From: Gekko japonicus
Lineage: Eukaryota
DNA: 60,413 nt
Direction: 5' to 3'
Assembly (NCBI RefSeq): GCF_001447785.1
Contig: NW_015176023.1
Location: forward strand, 324,365-384,777
Position numbers and translations under genes: made by a program. The notes beneath the pieces were generated by a model that did no database searches, was not told where the DNA came from, and saw only the letters and a list, made by a program, of their open reading frames with translations. Below are positions 1 through 13,200 of the stretch, one piece after another. Within the stretch, counting starts at the first letter, position 1. Each line of letters begins with the position of its first letter.

Positions 1-605
1 GGCAGGCCCCGAGATGGGCCTGGTGGAGGGGCCAGGGCTGAGCATTCCCACCCACCCCCCACCCCGCCAATGCAGAGGTTTCCCACCCACCAGCAGCCCC
101 TGCTGGCTCCCTGCCCAGTAGGGCGCCTCTGGACTCCTCTCCGCCTGGGGGGGGGGAGAGGAGGAGGAGAGAACCTCCCAAAGGACCCTGCAGAGCGTGC
201 TGGCAGCCTTCCAGAGGCAGGTGCCCACTCAGTCACTGGGAGCCACTTCCCTCCCCTCCCCTGGCGTTTTGGCTGCTCCATTAAGGTCACTTAGGGTCCA
301 AGGACAACTAGCAATTCATTCTGAGGAACTTGTGCTGAAATATCTATTGGAGGACAAATCCATTGCAATATCAAGGAATGTTGCTAAATTTCTTTTTATT
401 GCATTTGCAAAGCGCAAGCTCCTCCTTAATACTATTTATGATGTCTCCTCTCTGTAATGTTTTGGTAACCTGGGTTTGCTTTTTTGATCCTGTATGCTGT
501 TTGATGGGTCTTTGACCGTAATAAATAAATAATGATAATGAATTGGCTGCTCCATCAGTGGCCGCTGAAGGGTGTCATCCCGCCATGCCCCCTCTTTCCT
601 GCCTT

Positions 606-661
606 GTGCAGGGGGTTGGACTAGATGACCCTGGAGGTCCCTTCCAACTCTATGATTCTGT
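606..661 (+). mobile_element. CR1 LINE 3' terminal fragment
   Basis: ggggttggactagatgacc...ggtcccttccaactctatgattct is the typical amniote CR1 3' end. Confidence 0.75.
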
Positions 662-1740
662 GGTCAGGGCTGGGCGGCCCGTAACTTTCTAGCTGTGCCC
701 ACCTGCTCGGTGATGCCCTCGCGGGCTAGACAGGCTTTCTGAGGAGGAGGAGGGTGATGGGTCCCCCTCATGAGCACCCCCCTCCCCTCAGGGGCCTCCT
801 GGAATGATCCTGCGCTGGCCAGGGCTGCCTCGGAGGGTGGGCGGGCCCACCAGGCCCCCAGCAGGCAGTGGCGGAGCCTGGGTTTCTGCTTCAGGAGGGC
901 CCTGAAGGCTGGGCCCACCTTCTGATGGATCCCTCGTAGTACTTGTTGCAACCCACCTTGAGTCCCTGAGAGAAAGGCAGACTCTAAAGGGAAATAAAGC
1001 TTTAAAAACACAGCAGTAGGTGAGCAAGGAGGTCTCCGTCTGCAAGGGCCTCTGGCATTCCTCCGGGCTGCCACCGCCTGTCAGGATGAGGCCGGGTCAC
1101 TGTCTGCAGCTGCGCACGGGACAAGGAAGCGCCAGTGCGGGGAGGCCTCCCTCTCCCCTCCCACCCAGCCCTGCCACTGACCTTTTCAAGCTATGGGAGG
1201 CGAGAAGCTTCCAGGGAGGGGCCGTTGGCTGGTTCGCTCCCCCAGTGCTGGTTTTGGGTCGTGGGTGTCTGCTGGTCTTCCCTCTTACTGCCGGCTTGAT
1301 GGTTTGCTCTAACTAGCTTTGAAGGCCGAGGATTATTTTTGCTTGGAATGGTTTTGTGGCTCCGTGATGGTTTTATTAAGTTGCAAAGCGCCTTGGAGTG
1401 AAGGTGAGGGCAGTACGGGAGCACTTCAGAAGTTTTACTGAGGCTGCTCTCCTCTGGTCCTGGCTGCCCTGGGATTTCCCATCTCACCTCTGTACGGCAT
1501 GAGGGCAAATGGCAGCAAGGGGACCCCAGCTGCCGGGATGGTACGGAGGGCATCCGTTGGGCCTTTCCCCACTTAGCGCGTGAAGCTAAGGAGTACTGAA
1601 GGATATAAGTGGGGGGGGCACCCCACACAGAGGCCCCCCCCCAACACACCTCCGAGGGAGCGCCACAAATGAAATGACAAATGGGAAGTCAGGGGGAGGG
1701 GCCTGGGCTGGGGGGGAGTGGTGGGCTGGGCAGTAAGTGG

Positions 1741-3638
1741 GGTAAAAGGAGTACTGGGTAAAAGGAGTACTGAAGGATGATAGGGAAATGGCTGAGAAGC
1801 TAAATGCATTTTTTGCCTCCGTCTTCACTGTGGAAGATGAGAAGTGCTTGCCCACTCCAGAACTGCTGAGTTCGGGAGGGATGTTGAAAGACCTGAGTCA
1901 GATTGAGGTGACGAGAGAGGAGGTCCTAAAACTGATAGACAACTTAAAAACTGATAAATCACCAGGCCCAGATGGCATACATCCGAGAGTTCTGAAAGAA
2001 CTCAAATGTGAACTTCTGGATCTCCTGACAAAAATATGTAATCTCCTTAAAATCAGCCTCCATTCCTGAGGACTGGAAGGTAGCTAATGTCACTCCCATC
2101 TTTAAAAAGGGTTCCAAAGGAGATCTGGGAAATTACAGGCCAGTCAGTCTGACGTCGATACCGGGTAAATTGGTGGAAACCATTATTAAGGAAAGAATTA
2201 GTAGGCACATAGATGAACAAAACCTATTGAGGCAGACTCAACATGGGTTCTGTAAGGGAAGATCTTGTCTCACTAACCTATTAGTGTTCTTTGAGGGGGT
2301 GAACAAACATGTGGACAAGGGGGATCCAATAGATATTATTTACCTTGACTTCCAGAAAGCTTTTGATAAAGTTCCTCATCAAAGGCTCCTAAGTAAGCTC
2401 AAAAATCATGGGATAGAAGGACAAGTCCTTTTATGGATCAAAAACTGGCTAATTAATAGAAAACAGAGAGTGAGTATAAATGGGCAATTTTCTCAGTGGA
2501 GGGTGGTAAGCAGTGGGGTACCGCAGGGATCAGTACTTGGTCCACTGCTTTTTAACTTGTTCATTAATGATTTGGAGATGGGAGTAAGCAGTGAAGTGGC
2601 TAAATTTGCAGATGATACAAAGTTGTTCAGGGTGGTGAAAACCAGTGAGGATTGTGAGGCACTCCAAGGGGATCTGTCAAGGATGGGCGAGTGGGCGTCA
2701 ACATGGCAAATGGGGTTCAATGTGGCCAAGTGCAAGGTGATGCACATTGGAGCCAAAAATCCTAACTATAAATACACGTTGATGGGGTCTGAACTGGCAG
2801 AGACTGATCAAGAGAGAGATCTTGGAGTTGTAGTAGATAACTCACTGAAAATGTCGAGACAGTGTGTGACTGCAATAAAGAAGGCCAATGCTATGCTGGG
2901 GATTATTAGGAAGGGTATTGTAAACAGATCAGCCAATATCATAATGCCGCTATATAAATCAATGGTGCGACCTCATCTGGAATACTGTGTGCAATTCTGG
3001 TCACCACACCTTAAAAAGGATATTATAGCTTTGGAAAAAGTGCAGAAAAGGGCAACTCGAATGATAAAAGGGTTGGAACACTTTCCCTATGAGGAAAGGT
3101 TAAGGCGCTTAGGGCTCTTTAGCTTGGAGAAACGACGACTGAGGGGTGACATGATTGAGGTTTATAAGATTATGCATGGGAAAGAGCAGGTAGAGAAAGA
3201 GGTACTTTTCTCCCTTTCTCACAATACAAGAACTCGTGGGCACTCCATGAAATTGCTGAGTGGTCGGGTTAGAACGGATAAAAGGAAGTACTTCTTCACC
3301 CAAAGAGTGATTAACACTTGGAATTCACTGCCACAGGAAGTGGTGGCGGCTACAAGCATGGACGACTTCAAGAGGGAATTAGATAAGCATATGGAGCGGA
3401 GGTCCATCAGTGGCTATGAGCCACAAGGTATAGATAGGGACTCTGGAGCAAGTGATGCTCTGTCATCTTGGTGCTTGGGGGGGGGGTGTCAACAGTGGGA
3501 TGGTTTCTAATGTCTTGGCCCCACTGGTGGACCTCCTGATGGCACTGGTATTTCTGGCCACTGTGTGACACAGAGTGTTGGACTGGATGGGCCTTTGGCC
3601 TGATCCAACATTGGCTTCTCTTATGTTCTTATGTTCTT
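1741..3638 (+). mobile_element. 5'-truncated CR1 LINE, ORF2 reverse transcriptase plus 3' UTR
   Basis: ORFs 1788-2069 and 2170-3510 carry KSPGPDGIHPRVLKEL, YLDFQKAFDKV, GVPQGSVLGP and KFADD; frameshift near 2045; (ttatgttc)n tail at 3621-3638. Confidence 0.95.
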
Positions 3639-4078
3639 AAGCTGTCTTCTACTCAGTCAGGCCCTCAGTCCCTCAGGGGCTGAGGCCTCTCACGTCACCT
3701 CCAACATACGGTAATCCTTTCAGCTGGAGATGCTGGGGGCCTTCTGTGTGCCAAGTGGACGCTCTGCCCCTCCGACCGCTGTGGGGCTGAGGACTGGCAG
3801 GAGAAGGGGGAGCATGTCCCGAGAGGCCAAGAGGAAGCTCTCCAGCATCTTCCGTCCAACTGCACGGATCATGTGGCTGCCTGGCCCTGCTTCCGCTGCT
3901 CCTCCGCCTGCGGTGTTCTTCCTCTGTGTGTGGCCAGTGGTTGCCCTCGGCCAGTGCAACATTGCCGCCAGCACACGGGCCGGAGAGGTGCCCACCACTT
4001 AGCTTGTGGCAAAGGTTCTCGTCTGCTCGGACCCTGCTTGTGGCGTGGCCCTTGCCGCCTCCCCCCCCCCGCCCCCAG

Positions 4079-4139
4079 TTGTTGTTGTTGTTGTTCAGTC
4101 GCACAGTCGAGTCCGACTCTTCGCGACCCCATGGATCAT
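4079..4139 (-). mobile_element. Very short BovB/RTE 3' end insertion
   Basis: (caa)n tail and gtcgcgaagagtcggactcgact terminus; target-site duplication cccccgcccccagt on both sides. Confidence 0.8.
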
Positions 4140-4407
4140 CCCCCGCCCCCAGTACTTGATTTCAAAACTGGCAGGGCTTTGCCTGGCCTGGAAATGAGAC
4201 CTTTCACATCAAGCTGAGATGCGGCCAGGACTTGATGAGGGTTGTGGGTTTGTGAGGAAAGAATGTTCTTCCTACACCCTGGGATGGTGTCCTGGCATCC
4301 AGAACCGATTGTGGGACTCAGCTCAGTTGACCCAGCTCAGTTTAAGCCCTGGACTCCTTGCCTATCGGAGCGGCACTGAGTCATCTGTGGCAAGTTAGCC
4401 CCTCAGC

Positions 4408-5563
4408 CAGAGATGTAGAATTTCTGGAAAGTTTAAAGCCACGGGGACCCTCCCCCATCTTTGTTCTTTCTCCCCCCCCCCTCTTTCTTTCTGCTGTTGC
4501 TGTTGTTTTTGAGAAACAGAAAAATCTGGAGGCATGTTGAAATATGTGCTTATAAAATTGTACTATTTGGCATAGTTATGGAATTTAAAAGTATAAATTA
4601 TCTTTAAGATAGATTTGCAAGGGGAGGAGTTGCAACTGCTGCAGACCAGGGCTATTTTTGGGCAGGAACACACAGGAACTGAGTTCCGGCTGGCTTCAGA
4701 GTTGGCCACGCCCACTACAGCCAAAATCTCTACGTCCGTGGCTACAGAGGGAAGGCCTGGACAGCGACACACACCTCCGCGACTCCGAGGTGGGTGGGCC
4801 AGGGCCCCCCCTGGAAGGATCGGGGAGGCTTTTAAATGCCTCCCCATACCTTCCCCAGTCTGTCCAAGGGCCGGCTTGCCCGGGCTCCCCACAGCCGTGG
4901 GGCACGCTAATGAGTTCCTGCTGTTGGCTATGGCCTATTATGCTAATGAGTTCCTGCTGGGCTTTTTCTACAAAAAAAGCCCTGCTGCAACCTATGGTAC
5001 GTGTATCTTTAATTTTCGGCAGCTATCGGGAAAAAGAGAAGTTGAAGGATGTTCTTTGGACAGAGTGCCAGCATGCCTGGATACTTAATCTAAACTTTAT
5101 AGCACTGACACTTGTATCATTAAACACATTATTGCATTTTAATGTTGCCAAAATTATTCTTGAAAATGATTTATATGTTATGATTTAATGATTCCCAAAA
5201 TCTCCTTAGCATGTTGTATATTTAGAAAGAGTGAAAAAGCTTTGTAAGATATTTTTTCACTCAAAAACAAGAAAGAAAAAAACCCATGATTTCCCCCCCC
5301 TCCCAGTACTCTCCAAATTTCCCAATTTTCCACTAGAAAATGGGGAAAAGACTTCTAGACTTTTTATGCTATTCATTTTGAGTGTGAAAAACCTTGCTTT
5401 AAGAAGCACCTCACTTCTTCTAAACCATGATTCTCCACCACCACCACCGTATTCTCCAAATTTTCTGTTGGAAAAATTGAAAACAAGTCCTTGGAGGAAA
5501 AATACGAAAAATGTATCTTCCCCCCTTGAAGTTTTTCATCCCCCCCCCCGCCTTCCCACCTCT
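4408..5563. mobile_element. Possible old AT-rich DNA transposon remnant hosting the hAT MITE
   Basis: Degenerate terminal inverted ends agagatgt...acctct; AT-rich interior unlike the flanks. Confidence 0.35.
4647..4984. mobile_element. Non-autonomous hAT-like element with gctaatgag subterminal repeats
   Basis: TIRs cagggctattttt...aaaaaaagccctg; imperfect 8-bp TSD ctgcagac/ctgcaacc. Confidence 0.75.
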
Positions 5564-6843
5564 GCTTTTAGGAGAAGACCTTTGTGTTTCTGTACCACCA
5601 TATCCTATCAGCGTGTGGTTGTTGGCTCTCTCAGGAGGGCACCTCTTTCGAGGAGTGGCCAACGACTAAATAAAGACTGAAGCCAGATTTCACATGCACT
5701 CCAAATCTGCTGGATTCTGGGCAGCCTGAAACGCATGATGAGATTCTCAAGACTAATTTCCAAAACTTTTTGGCAAACTTTCAAGAGACTTCCAGGTGGT
5801 CAGCCATGTTTGTCTGAAGCAGTAGAACAAAGTTAGAGTCCAGTTTGTTTTAAGAGACCGTTATCATGCATGTGCATTGTTTTTCTAAACACAGTAGCAC
5901 CCACGATTCAGAATGAAGTTTTTAAAAATGGGTTTAAGGAGACCCAAGATTCCGGTTTTTGAAAACCGTGTAGAAAGGGTTGTTTGGGATCTGTTTCCAC
6001 ATCCATTTTAGGCAGCTTTGTTTCTGGCAGGGGCTGCCAACAGAACATGGAAAGAGTATTTCAGTATCCCTCCCCCTGCCCTGACAGGATTGTGACAACC
6101 GGTGCCAACTTGTGCTGGGTGTATAGCAGGTGTTGTAATGCCACAGGTCATTTGGCGCCTGTCCATTACTCAGTACCTGTTGCAACAACCCCACCCCGCT
6201 CAGAGTGGCTTTATATTTAGACTCCCCTTCCCCCCCCCCCCAAAAAGGCCTGCCTGGTCTTTACTCGAGGGGTGTGGGTGTGTGAGTGAGTGCAGGAGGA
6301 CTGGGGCCCTTCCCTCTACCCCAGTTCCCCTCGACTACTATGCCTCCAGTCCCCTTGCAATGTTTGAGAGGCTGGAGAGCCCCCCCTGCCATCTGCTGTG
6401 GGGCCCGGCCCCTTTCCTAGCAGCCCCCCCCCCCCCCCCCCTTTCCTAGCAGGCCCCCCCCCCCCCCGCGCCCAGTAGCAGGAAGCCGCAGAGACAAGAG
6501 GGCCTTGTTTGCCCGCGTCTTACTCAGCAGTGCTCTTGTGCAATTCCGCATGGTCTGGAGCTCCACACCAAGGTCAGCTGAGGACACAGCCGCTGCTGCT
6601 TGTGTGTGTCGTGTGTGTGGGGGTGGTGGGATGGCTAGGAGGCACTCAACCGTAATGGATGGCCTCAGAAAGTGGCCAATGGATCATTCGTGGCCTTGGG
6701 TGGCCAGGTTGGGGAAGTGCCCATAGGGCTGTGGTTGCTTCTAGAAACCATGATGCGGCATTTTGGGGGTGGGGGCATGTGGGGTGGGTGCATATCCCCC
6801 CAGCTGCTGCACATCCCAAAGCAGGTCTCCTGCCCTCCTTCCA

Positions 6844-7112
6844 TTTGGTGTAGTGGTTAAATGCGCGGTCTCTAATCTGGGAGAACCGGGTTTGATTCCC
6901 CACTCCTCCACTTGCAGCTGTTGGATGACCTTGGGCAAGCCACAGTTCTGACAAGAGTTGTTCTCTCAAGGACAGTCCTGGAAAGAGCTCTCTCAGCCCC
7001 ACCCACCTCACAGGGTGTCTGTTGTGGGGAGGGGAAGGGAAAGGAGTTTGTGAGCTGCTCTGAGACTCCAAGTGAAGGGCGGGGTAGAAATCCAATCTCC
7101 TCCTCCTCCTTC
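6844..7112 (+). mobile_element. tRNA-derived SINE (Squam3-like)
   Basis: A box tggtgtagtgg, B box ggtttgattcc, L2-like 3' end and (cct/ctt)n tail; several near-identical copies in window. Confidence 0.85.
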
Positions 7113-7202
7113 GAATTAGTTCCCCTGCTGGCCACCTCTGAATGCCCCTGCTGGCCACCTCTGAATGAGGCTGACCCGGTTCTCTTTCTCTCCCCGCTTC
7201 AG

Positions 7203-7267
7203 GCACCAGCCTTGCAGGTGAACCTCACGCAGCCCTGCCGGGCCGGCAGCAACAGCAGTTCTGAAAG
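7203..7267 (+). CDS. PLEKHH3: PLEKHH3 exon 2
   Basis: cag|APALQVNLTQPCRAGSNSSSER|gtgagg, similar to human GPLEVTLTQPVRSG. Confidence 0.8.
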
Positions 7268-10200
7268 GTGAGGGTGGGAGAGCAAATGGCAGGGGGGGGG
7301 GCCGGGGGGGAGGTGTCCGGCTGGCTTTCCGTTCTGGCTCCCTCGGGAGGGACCCTGCAGTTAATCATGGATGGCCATTAGCAGCTGGACCTGCTGCTCT
7401 GTCCTGTCTTTGCTTGGAGGGCAATTTTTCTGCTGACATCAGTTTTGTTTTTGCTATTTGGGGTGGTGGTGGTGGGGGGGAGGAAATACACTTTCTCAAA
7501 CGTGACACTTAATTTCTGGACCCAGAACAGCTAGGACTTGTGTGCCTATAACTCATGCGTCACCATGAAACTGTTCCCTATGAGCCCTAAGTGTCTGAGG
7601 GCAACTGCAGGTGTTGGGGTGTGCTCTGCACATGTTCTGATACACTTAAAAAAAAAATAACAACATCACATGTTTTGGGGTAGTGCTCTGGCATTGCCAC
7701 TGCGGCCGTTGAGCCCCGGTCTGTTGAGGTGCTTCTCTTGGTTTTCTTTCCTGAAGGTTTGGTCCCTTTCTTGGCTAGTGGATGGCTGAGCGATAAAGAA
7801 GGGAGGGTGTGTGGGAAGAATTGTGTCTGGCAACCCACACGCCTCCCATCCTGTCTCTTTGCTAATGGGACCCAGCTGTGCCCAGGCTCAGCTAAGGGGC
7901 CTGGGAGGCAGGGACGCCTGCGTTTTGTCTGTCACCAGAGGAGGTCTGGGAAAGGCAGTGCGTGTGTGTGTGCGTGGGTGCGCACTTGCGCCTGGGGCAG
8001 AGTAGCTGCTTTTTCTGAGGTTGAGAGCTCAGAGGCTTCTCCTTGGAGGGACAAATGTTGTTGTTGTTCAGCCGCACAGTCGAGTCCGACTCTTCGCGAC
8101 CCTATGGACCAGATCACACCAGACCCTCCTGTCTTCCGCTGTCCTCTGAAGTTTGCTCAACTTCATGTTCGTTGCATCTATGACACTGTCCAACCATCTC
8201 ATCCTTTGCCGTCCCCGTCTTCTTTGACCTTCAGTCTTTCCCAGCATCAGGGTCTTCTCCAGTGAGTGCTCCCTTCTCATTGGGTGGCCAAAGTATTTAA
8301 GCTTCAGTTTCGTTATCTGGTCTTCCAGGGAACAGTCAGGGTTGATTTCTTTTAGGATTGACTGGTTTGATCTTCTTGCAGTCCAAGGGACTCTCAAGAG
8401 TCTTCTCCAGCACCTTAATTGGAAAGCATCTATTCTTCGGCGCTCGGCCTTCCTTACAGTCCAACTCTCGCAGCCATACATGACTACTGGAAATGCCATT
8501 GCTTTGACCATGCAGACTTTTGTTCTCTTCATCAATTGGCCACTTTCTGAGCCCATCTCTCTTAGGGCAGGGATTTGGGGGAAGTGGGGGGGGGGGGAGT
8601 GAGGCCCGGTGGGCTGGGTATGAGGCGGAAGGCCTGAGAGCACTCACTCCAGGTAGACAGTCCTCCTAATCTCTCACAGCACAAGAAATGGGGCCCAGGG
8701 ACCTCTCGAAGGCCGTTTATTCTAGCAGAAACTGCTGTGCGTCAGAGCACACTTCTTCGAATGCATGAAGTGTTCCTCCGTCCGGCAAGCACGCTTATAC
8801 CGGAAGCTGCCAACAGAAGACAGGCAGTGGTACTGCCAAAAAGAACAGACGGTTTAAGACAAGATCCAGTCAAAAGAGCAAATCAGAATGAGTAGAGATT
8901 ATTCCCGACGGTTGACAGGCGGGCCAAATAGGATTAATATAAAATCAGACCTACCCTAGGAAGGGGGCAGAGAGTGAAACATGATAAGGAGATTTGGAAC
9001 ATTGTTATGCCTCCTCTCCAGGATCCCGTCCAAGGTGGCTGATTCTGTTGCGGGGAGGGCGGCCTAGAAATCGAATGATAAATAAATAAAAATAAATAAA
9101 ATTATTGGAAGAGGCTAATTAAAATCCAACCTTAAAAAGCCCCAGCCCAGCATTAAAAAGATAATAAAACAGACCACAGACAGCCTTAAACGATAGTTTC
9201 CAGTGTTAGCAGAGTGTTAAAAGAAATCAGCCCTGATGGCGAACCTTTCAGAGACCGAGTGCCCAAACTGCGACCCAAAACCCACTTATTTATCGCAAAG
9301 TGCCAACACGGCAATCTAACCTGAATACTGAGGTTTTGCTTTAGAAAAAACAACTCATACATTAACTTAAGATGATCCAAACAAAGTAAGGAAAGCAATC
9401 CCAAATGCTTTCATTGACTTAAAATTATTTGGCAGAGAATTCGACACTTTAATGATGGTCTGGGCCTGGCTGGGGCGATGGCACGCGTGCCCGCAGAGAG
9501 GGCTCTGAGTGCCACCTCTGGTACCCGTGCCATAGGTTCGCCACCACTGCTAGATGATCAGCGACATTTGGGTCTGGTGTGCAAAAGAAAACGGCACCGG
9601 CAGCACCACACAAGCCTCCAGGGAAAGGGCTCCATACAGGCGAGGTGCCGCCCCTGAGAAGGCCCCGTCCCTGGCTGACCCCCACCTCAGCCCTGAGGGC
9701 ACCGAGGGCAGGGCTTGAGAGGCAGACCCTGACGGGTGGGCTGGACGATGTGGGTGAGGAGGGGAGAGGGTCTCTAAGGGACGCAGGCCCCCAAGCCATT
9801 GGGGACTTTAAAGGTCACAACCAGCCCTTCGAATTGAGGCCAGAAACAAATTGGCAGCCAGTGCAGATCTTTCAGCACTGGGAAGCTAGAAAAATAGGAA
9901 AGTATATAGAGCAATAACTGAATTAAGTGACATCTGTACGGCGTGGGATATGCTAAGATATTAGCACCAGTGAAGACTGAGGAATCCCATGTCCTTGTTC
10001 GGGATAGTGTTAAACGTCTTGATGAATTGTTTAGAAGAAGAAGCAGAGGAGATTGGATTTATACCCCAGGGCCCTTCACTTGGAGTCTCAGAGCGGCTTA
10101 CAAACTCCTTTCCCTTCCCCTCCCCACAACAGACACCCTGTGTGGTAGAAAAAGAAGAAGAAGAAGAGACTGGATTCATACCCTGCCCTTCACTACCCAA

Positions 10201-13200
10201 AAGAGTCTCAGAGCGGCTTACAAACTCCTCTCCCTTCCCCTCCCCACAACAGNNNNNNNNNNNNNNNNNNNNNNNNNNNNNNNNNNNNNNNNNNNNNNNN
10301 NNNNNNNNNNNNNNNNNNNNNNNNNNNNNNNNNNNNNNNNNNNNNNNNNNNNNNNNNNNNNNNNNNNNNNNNNNNNNNNNNNNNNNNNNNNNNNNNNNNN
10401 NNNNNNNNNNNNNNNNNNNNNNNNNNNNNNNNNNNNNNNNNNNNNNNNNNNNNNNNNNNNNNNNNNNNNNNNNNNNNNNNNNNNNNNNNNNNNNNNNNNN
10501 NNNNNNNNNNNNNNNNNNNNNNNNNNNNNNNNNNNNNNNNNNNNNNNNNNNNNNNNNNNNNNNNNNNNNNNNNNNNNNNNNNNNNNNNNNNNNNNNNNNN
10601 NNNNNNNNNNNNNNNNNNNNNNNNNNNNNNNNNNNNNNNNNNNNNNNNNNNNNNNNNNNNNNNNNNNNNNNNNNNNNNNNNNNNNNNNNNNNGGGGGGGA
10701 CACTTCAAAACCAGAGGGTGCCCGGTCTAGGCCTGGGTCTGCTTGGCTCCCACATTTCTCCACTTAAACTGGTTGGAAGCTGAGGATCCGGGGGGTGGGG
10801 TGCTGTGAAGGAGCAAGGGGGTTATGTGCCTTGCGTTTTCCCACAGAAAAACCTCAGGAAGTGAGGATCTGTGGGTCTGGACTCCGTCATAGGAGCTCCA
10901 AGGGGGCCTGGAAGAAGGAAGGAACCCTCAGGTTTCTTTTCTCCCTCCTCAAAACAAACAGACAGACGGAGCACCCAGACTTTTCTCTTGGACGGTCCGG
11001 CCAACATCCTCCCACCATTTCGCAGCTCTAGCCATTCCCCAAATTCTTGGCAGCTTTTCCATATAAGCAGCATTTTTAGCAGCCCGAGGACAGTGAGGCA
11101 AGTTCCCACCCCCACCCCCCTGGAGGGAAGGGGGTGAAGGCCCCTGTGTGCGTTTCCTCCAAGAGGGAGGAGGGGGGGAGGGCTGGAAGGGGTTCAAGTC
11201 GGGGAGGGAGAGGAGCAGTCCTGGTTTCTTCAGCTGGGCATCGTGGGAACTCTCACACAGTGATGCTCACGCCTCTGGCCAGGCCCCGGTGTGCCCACCC
11301 CACCCCACCAAGCAGGCACCCACACAGAGTACAGTAGGAGACCGTGGTTCGTGTTAATTGTCCAGTGGGACCCTTTTAAAGGTTCTCTCTCCCCGCCACT
11401 GTGGAAGCGAAGCCAGCCCTCCCGCATCTGGGATGAGGGGAAGCCCTCCCTTCTCTGCCTCCCTGGTCTCTCCTCACAGCTGGTCAGACAGGAGAGTGAG
11501 AAAAAAGGCTGTGGCCAGCTTGTTCTTCTTGTGGATGGCTGGGGGGTGGGGTGGGGGTGGTTTTACTCCCCCCCCCCCCCCCGCAGTTAGCTTGCTCTCC
11601 TCCCAGCAGCTGCCCTGATGCTGGGATGAGAACGTGAAGCCTGCCGAGGGGAGGACAGGCCCTTGACTTCCGTCCCTGGCACAAGGCCTGCAGCTCAGCC
11701 TGGCTCACGGCTTGCTTGTCCCCCAGTCCCTCTGGCAGGGACCGTTTTAAGGAGAGCCTCCCCCACCACTCCAAGTGCTACCTGACAGTGGCCTTGTCTC
11801 TTTTTCTGGAACACGGGAAGGGTGAGCCACAGGTACTCTGTCAGAGACCCACATATGGTTCCTGAGCTACTGCGGATCATTCTCTAGAAGGAATGTGGAA
11901 ATATTGGCACTGCAAGTCAAAAAGAGATTAAGCTAGACTACTGCGCTATGCATGCTGCCTTTGAAGACTGTATTGCTGTTGCTGTTCAGTCGCACAGTCG
12001 AGTCCGACTCTTCGCGACCCCATGGGCCAGATCCCGCCAGGCCCTCCTGTCTTCCGCCGTCCTCTGAAGTTGGCTCAATTTCATGTTCGTTGCATCGATG
12101 ACACTGTCTGACCATCTCATCCTTTGCCGTCCCCGTCTTCTTTGACCTTCAGTCTTTCCCAGCATCAGGGTCTTCTTCTCCAGCGAGTGCTCCCTTCTTC
12201 TCATTGGGTGGCCAAAGTATTTGAGCTTCAGTTTCATTATCTGGCCTTCCAGGGAACAGTCAGGGTTGATTTCTTTTAGGATTGATTGAAGACTGTATTA
12301 TTGCCTAGTAAAAATGACAGCCCATCTTTCATCTTTGTTCTAAAGCAGTTGTGTTTACTTACTTGCTTCTGGGCTCAGTTCAGAGTGCTGACTAGGACCC
12401 TTGAAGGCCTACATGGTCTTTTCTTTGACCAGAGCATTCTCAGGAACCTGCCCAATGACCGCAGTTATCCTCGGGTAGCCTACTCACTGGGTCTGAAATA
12501 AGTTAGGTGAGCGCATGAGACAGGACTTCTTTTGTGGTGGCAACTTGATCACGAAATACCCCCTCCCCAGAGACGTTTGGGCAGTGGGAAGGGGGCACAA
12601 GGTGTGTTTGTTTACCTAAGATGTCTAGTTTGTTCTATGATGATTTCATGTTAGTCTTTTACAGTCTGTAGGTGTTGGAGTTTCAAGTTGCTTACACTTC
12701 AGTCATTACAGAGTTAAGTGTTGTTTGTTAGGAAAAAGGATGTTACGTTACATAATGTATTCTACAGCGGGAAAGTTTGAGGGAGTTGCTTAGCCTAATG
12801 AAGTGACCTGTAACCTTTGTATTGGTCAACTAACAACTTGTTTGTGGAAATGCTTTGAGCTAGCATTAATGTATTCACAAGGTTTGTGGCCCTTTGTGTG
12901 AAGCACACAGGAAGCTCTCTCCTGTAGAAAGATGTAGGTGTTAGTATGTAGTGCTGAAAGTAACTGCAAGTATGTAACCTTTTGTTTTATTTCTTTTTAT
13001 CCAAAGTACCTTACCCATGCTTTGTTTTGTTTTGTAGTAAAGATATTTTTCTGTTCACTAATGTGACTCTTGTGTTTGCAAAACAACCGTCGATCTTGAA
13101 TCTCAGAATCCCAACAGTAGGCCACCTTGACTGGCTTTTTGGAGGGATGCAAAGAAAGAAAGCCCTCAAGTATTCTGTTGCCTTCAGGTCCCTGGCCGTG

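Noticed and set aside
664-1074. 136-aa minus-strand ORF with exon-like ends
   Set aside because: No recognisable protein similarity; GC-rich sequence yields such ORFs by chance.
6421-6470. Long poly-C/G tracts as G-quadruplex elements
   Set aside because: Such tracts are scattered throughout the window and show no specific pattern.
9943-10783. Long ORFs of 264-274 aa
   Set aside because: Artefacts of reading through the N gap and SINE tails.
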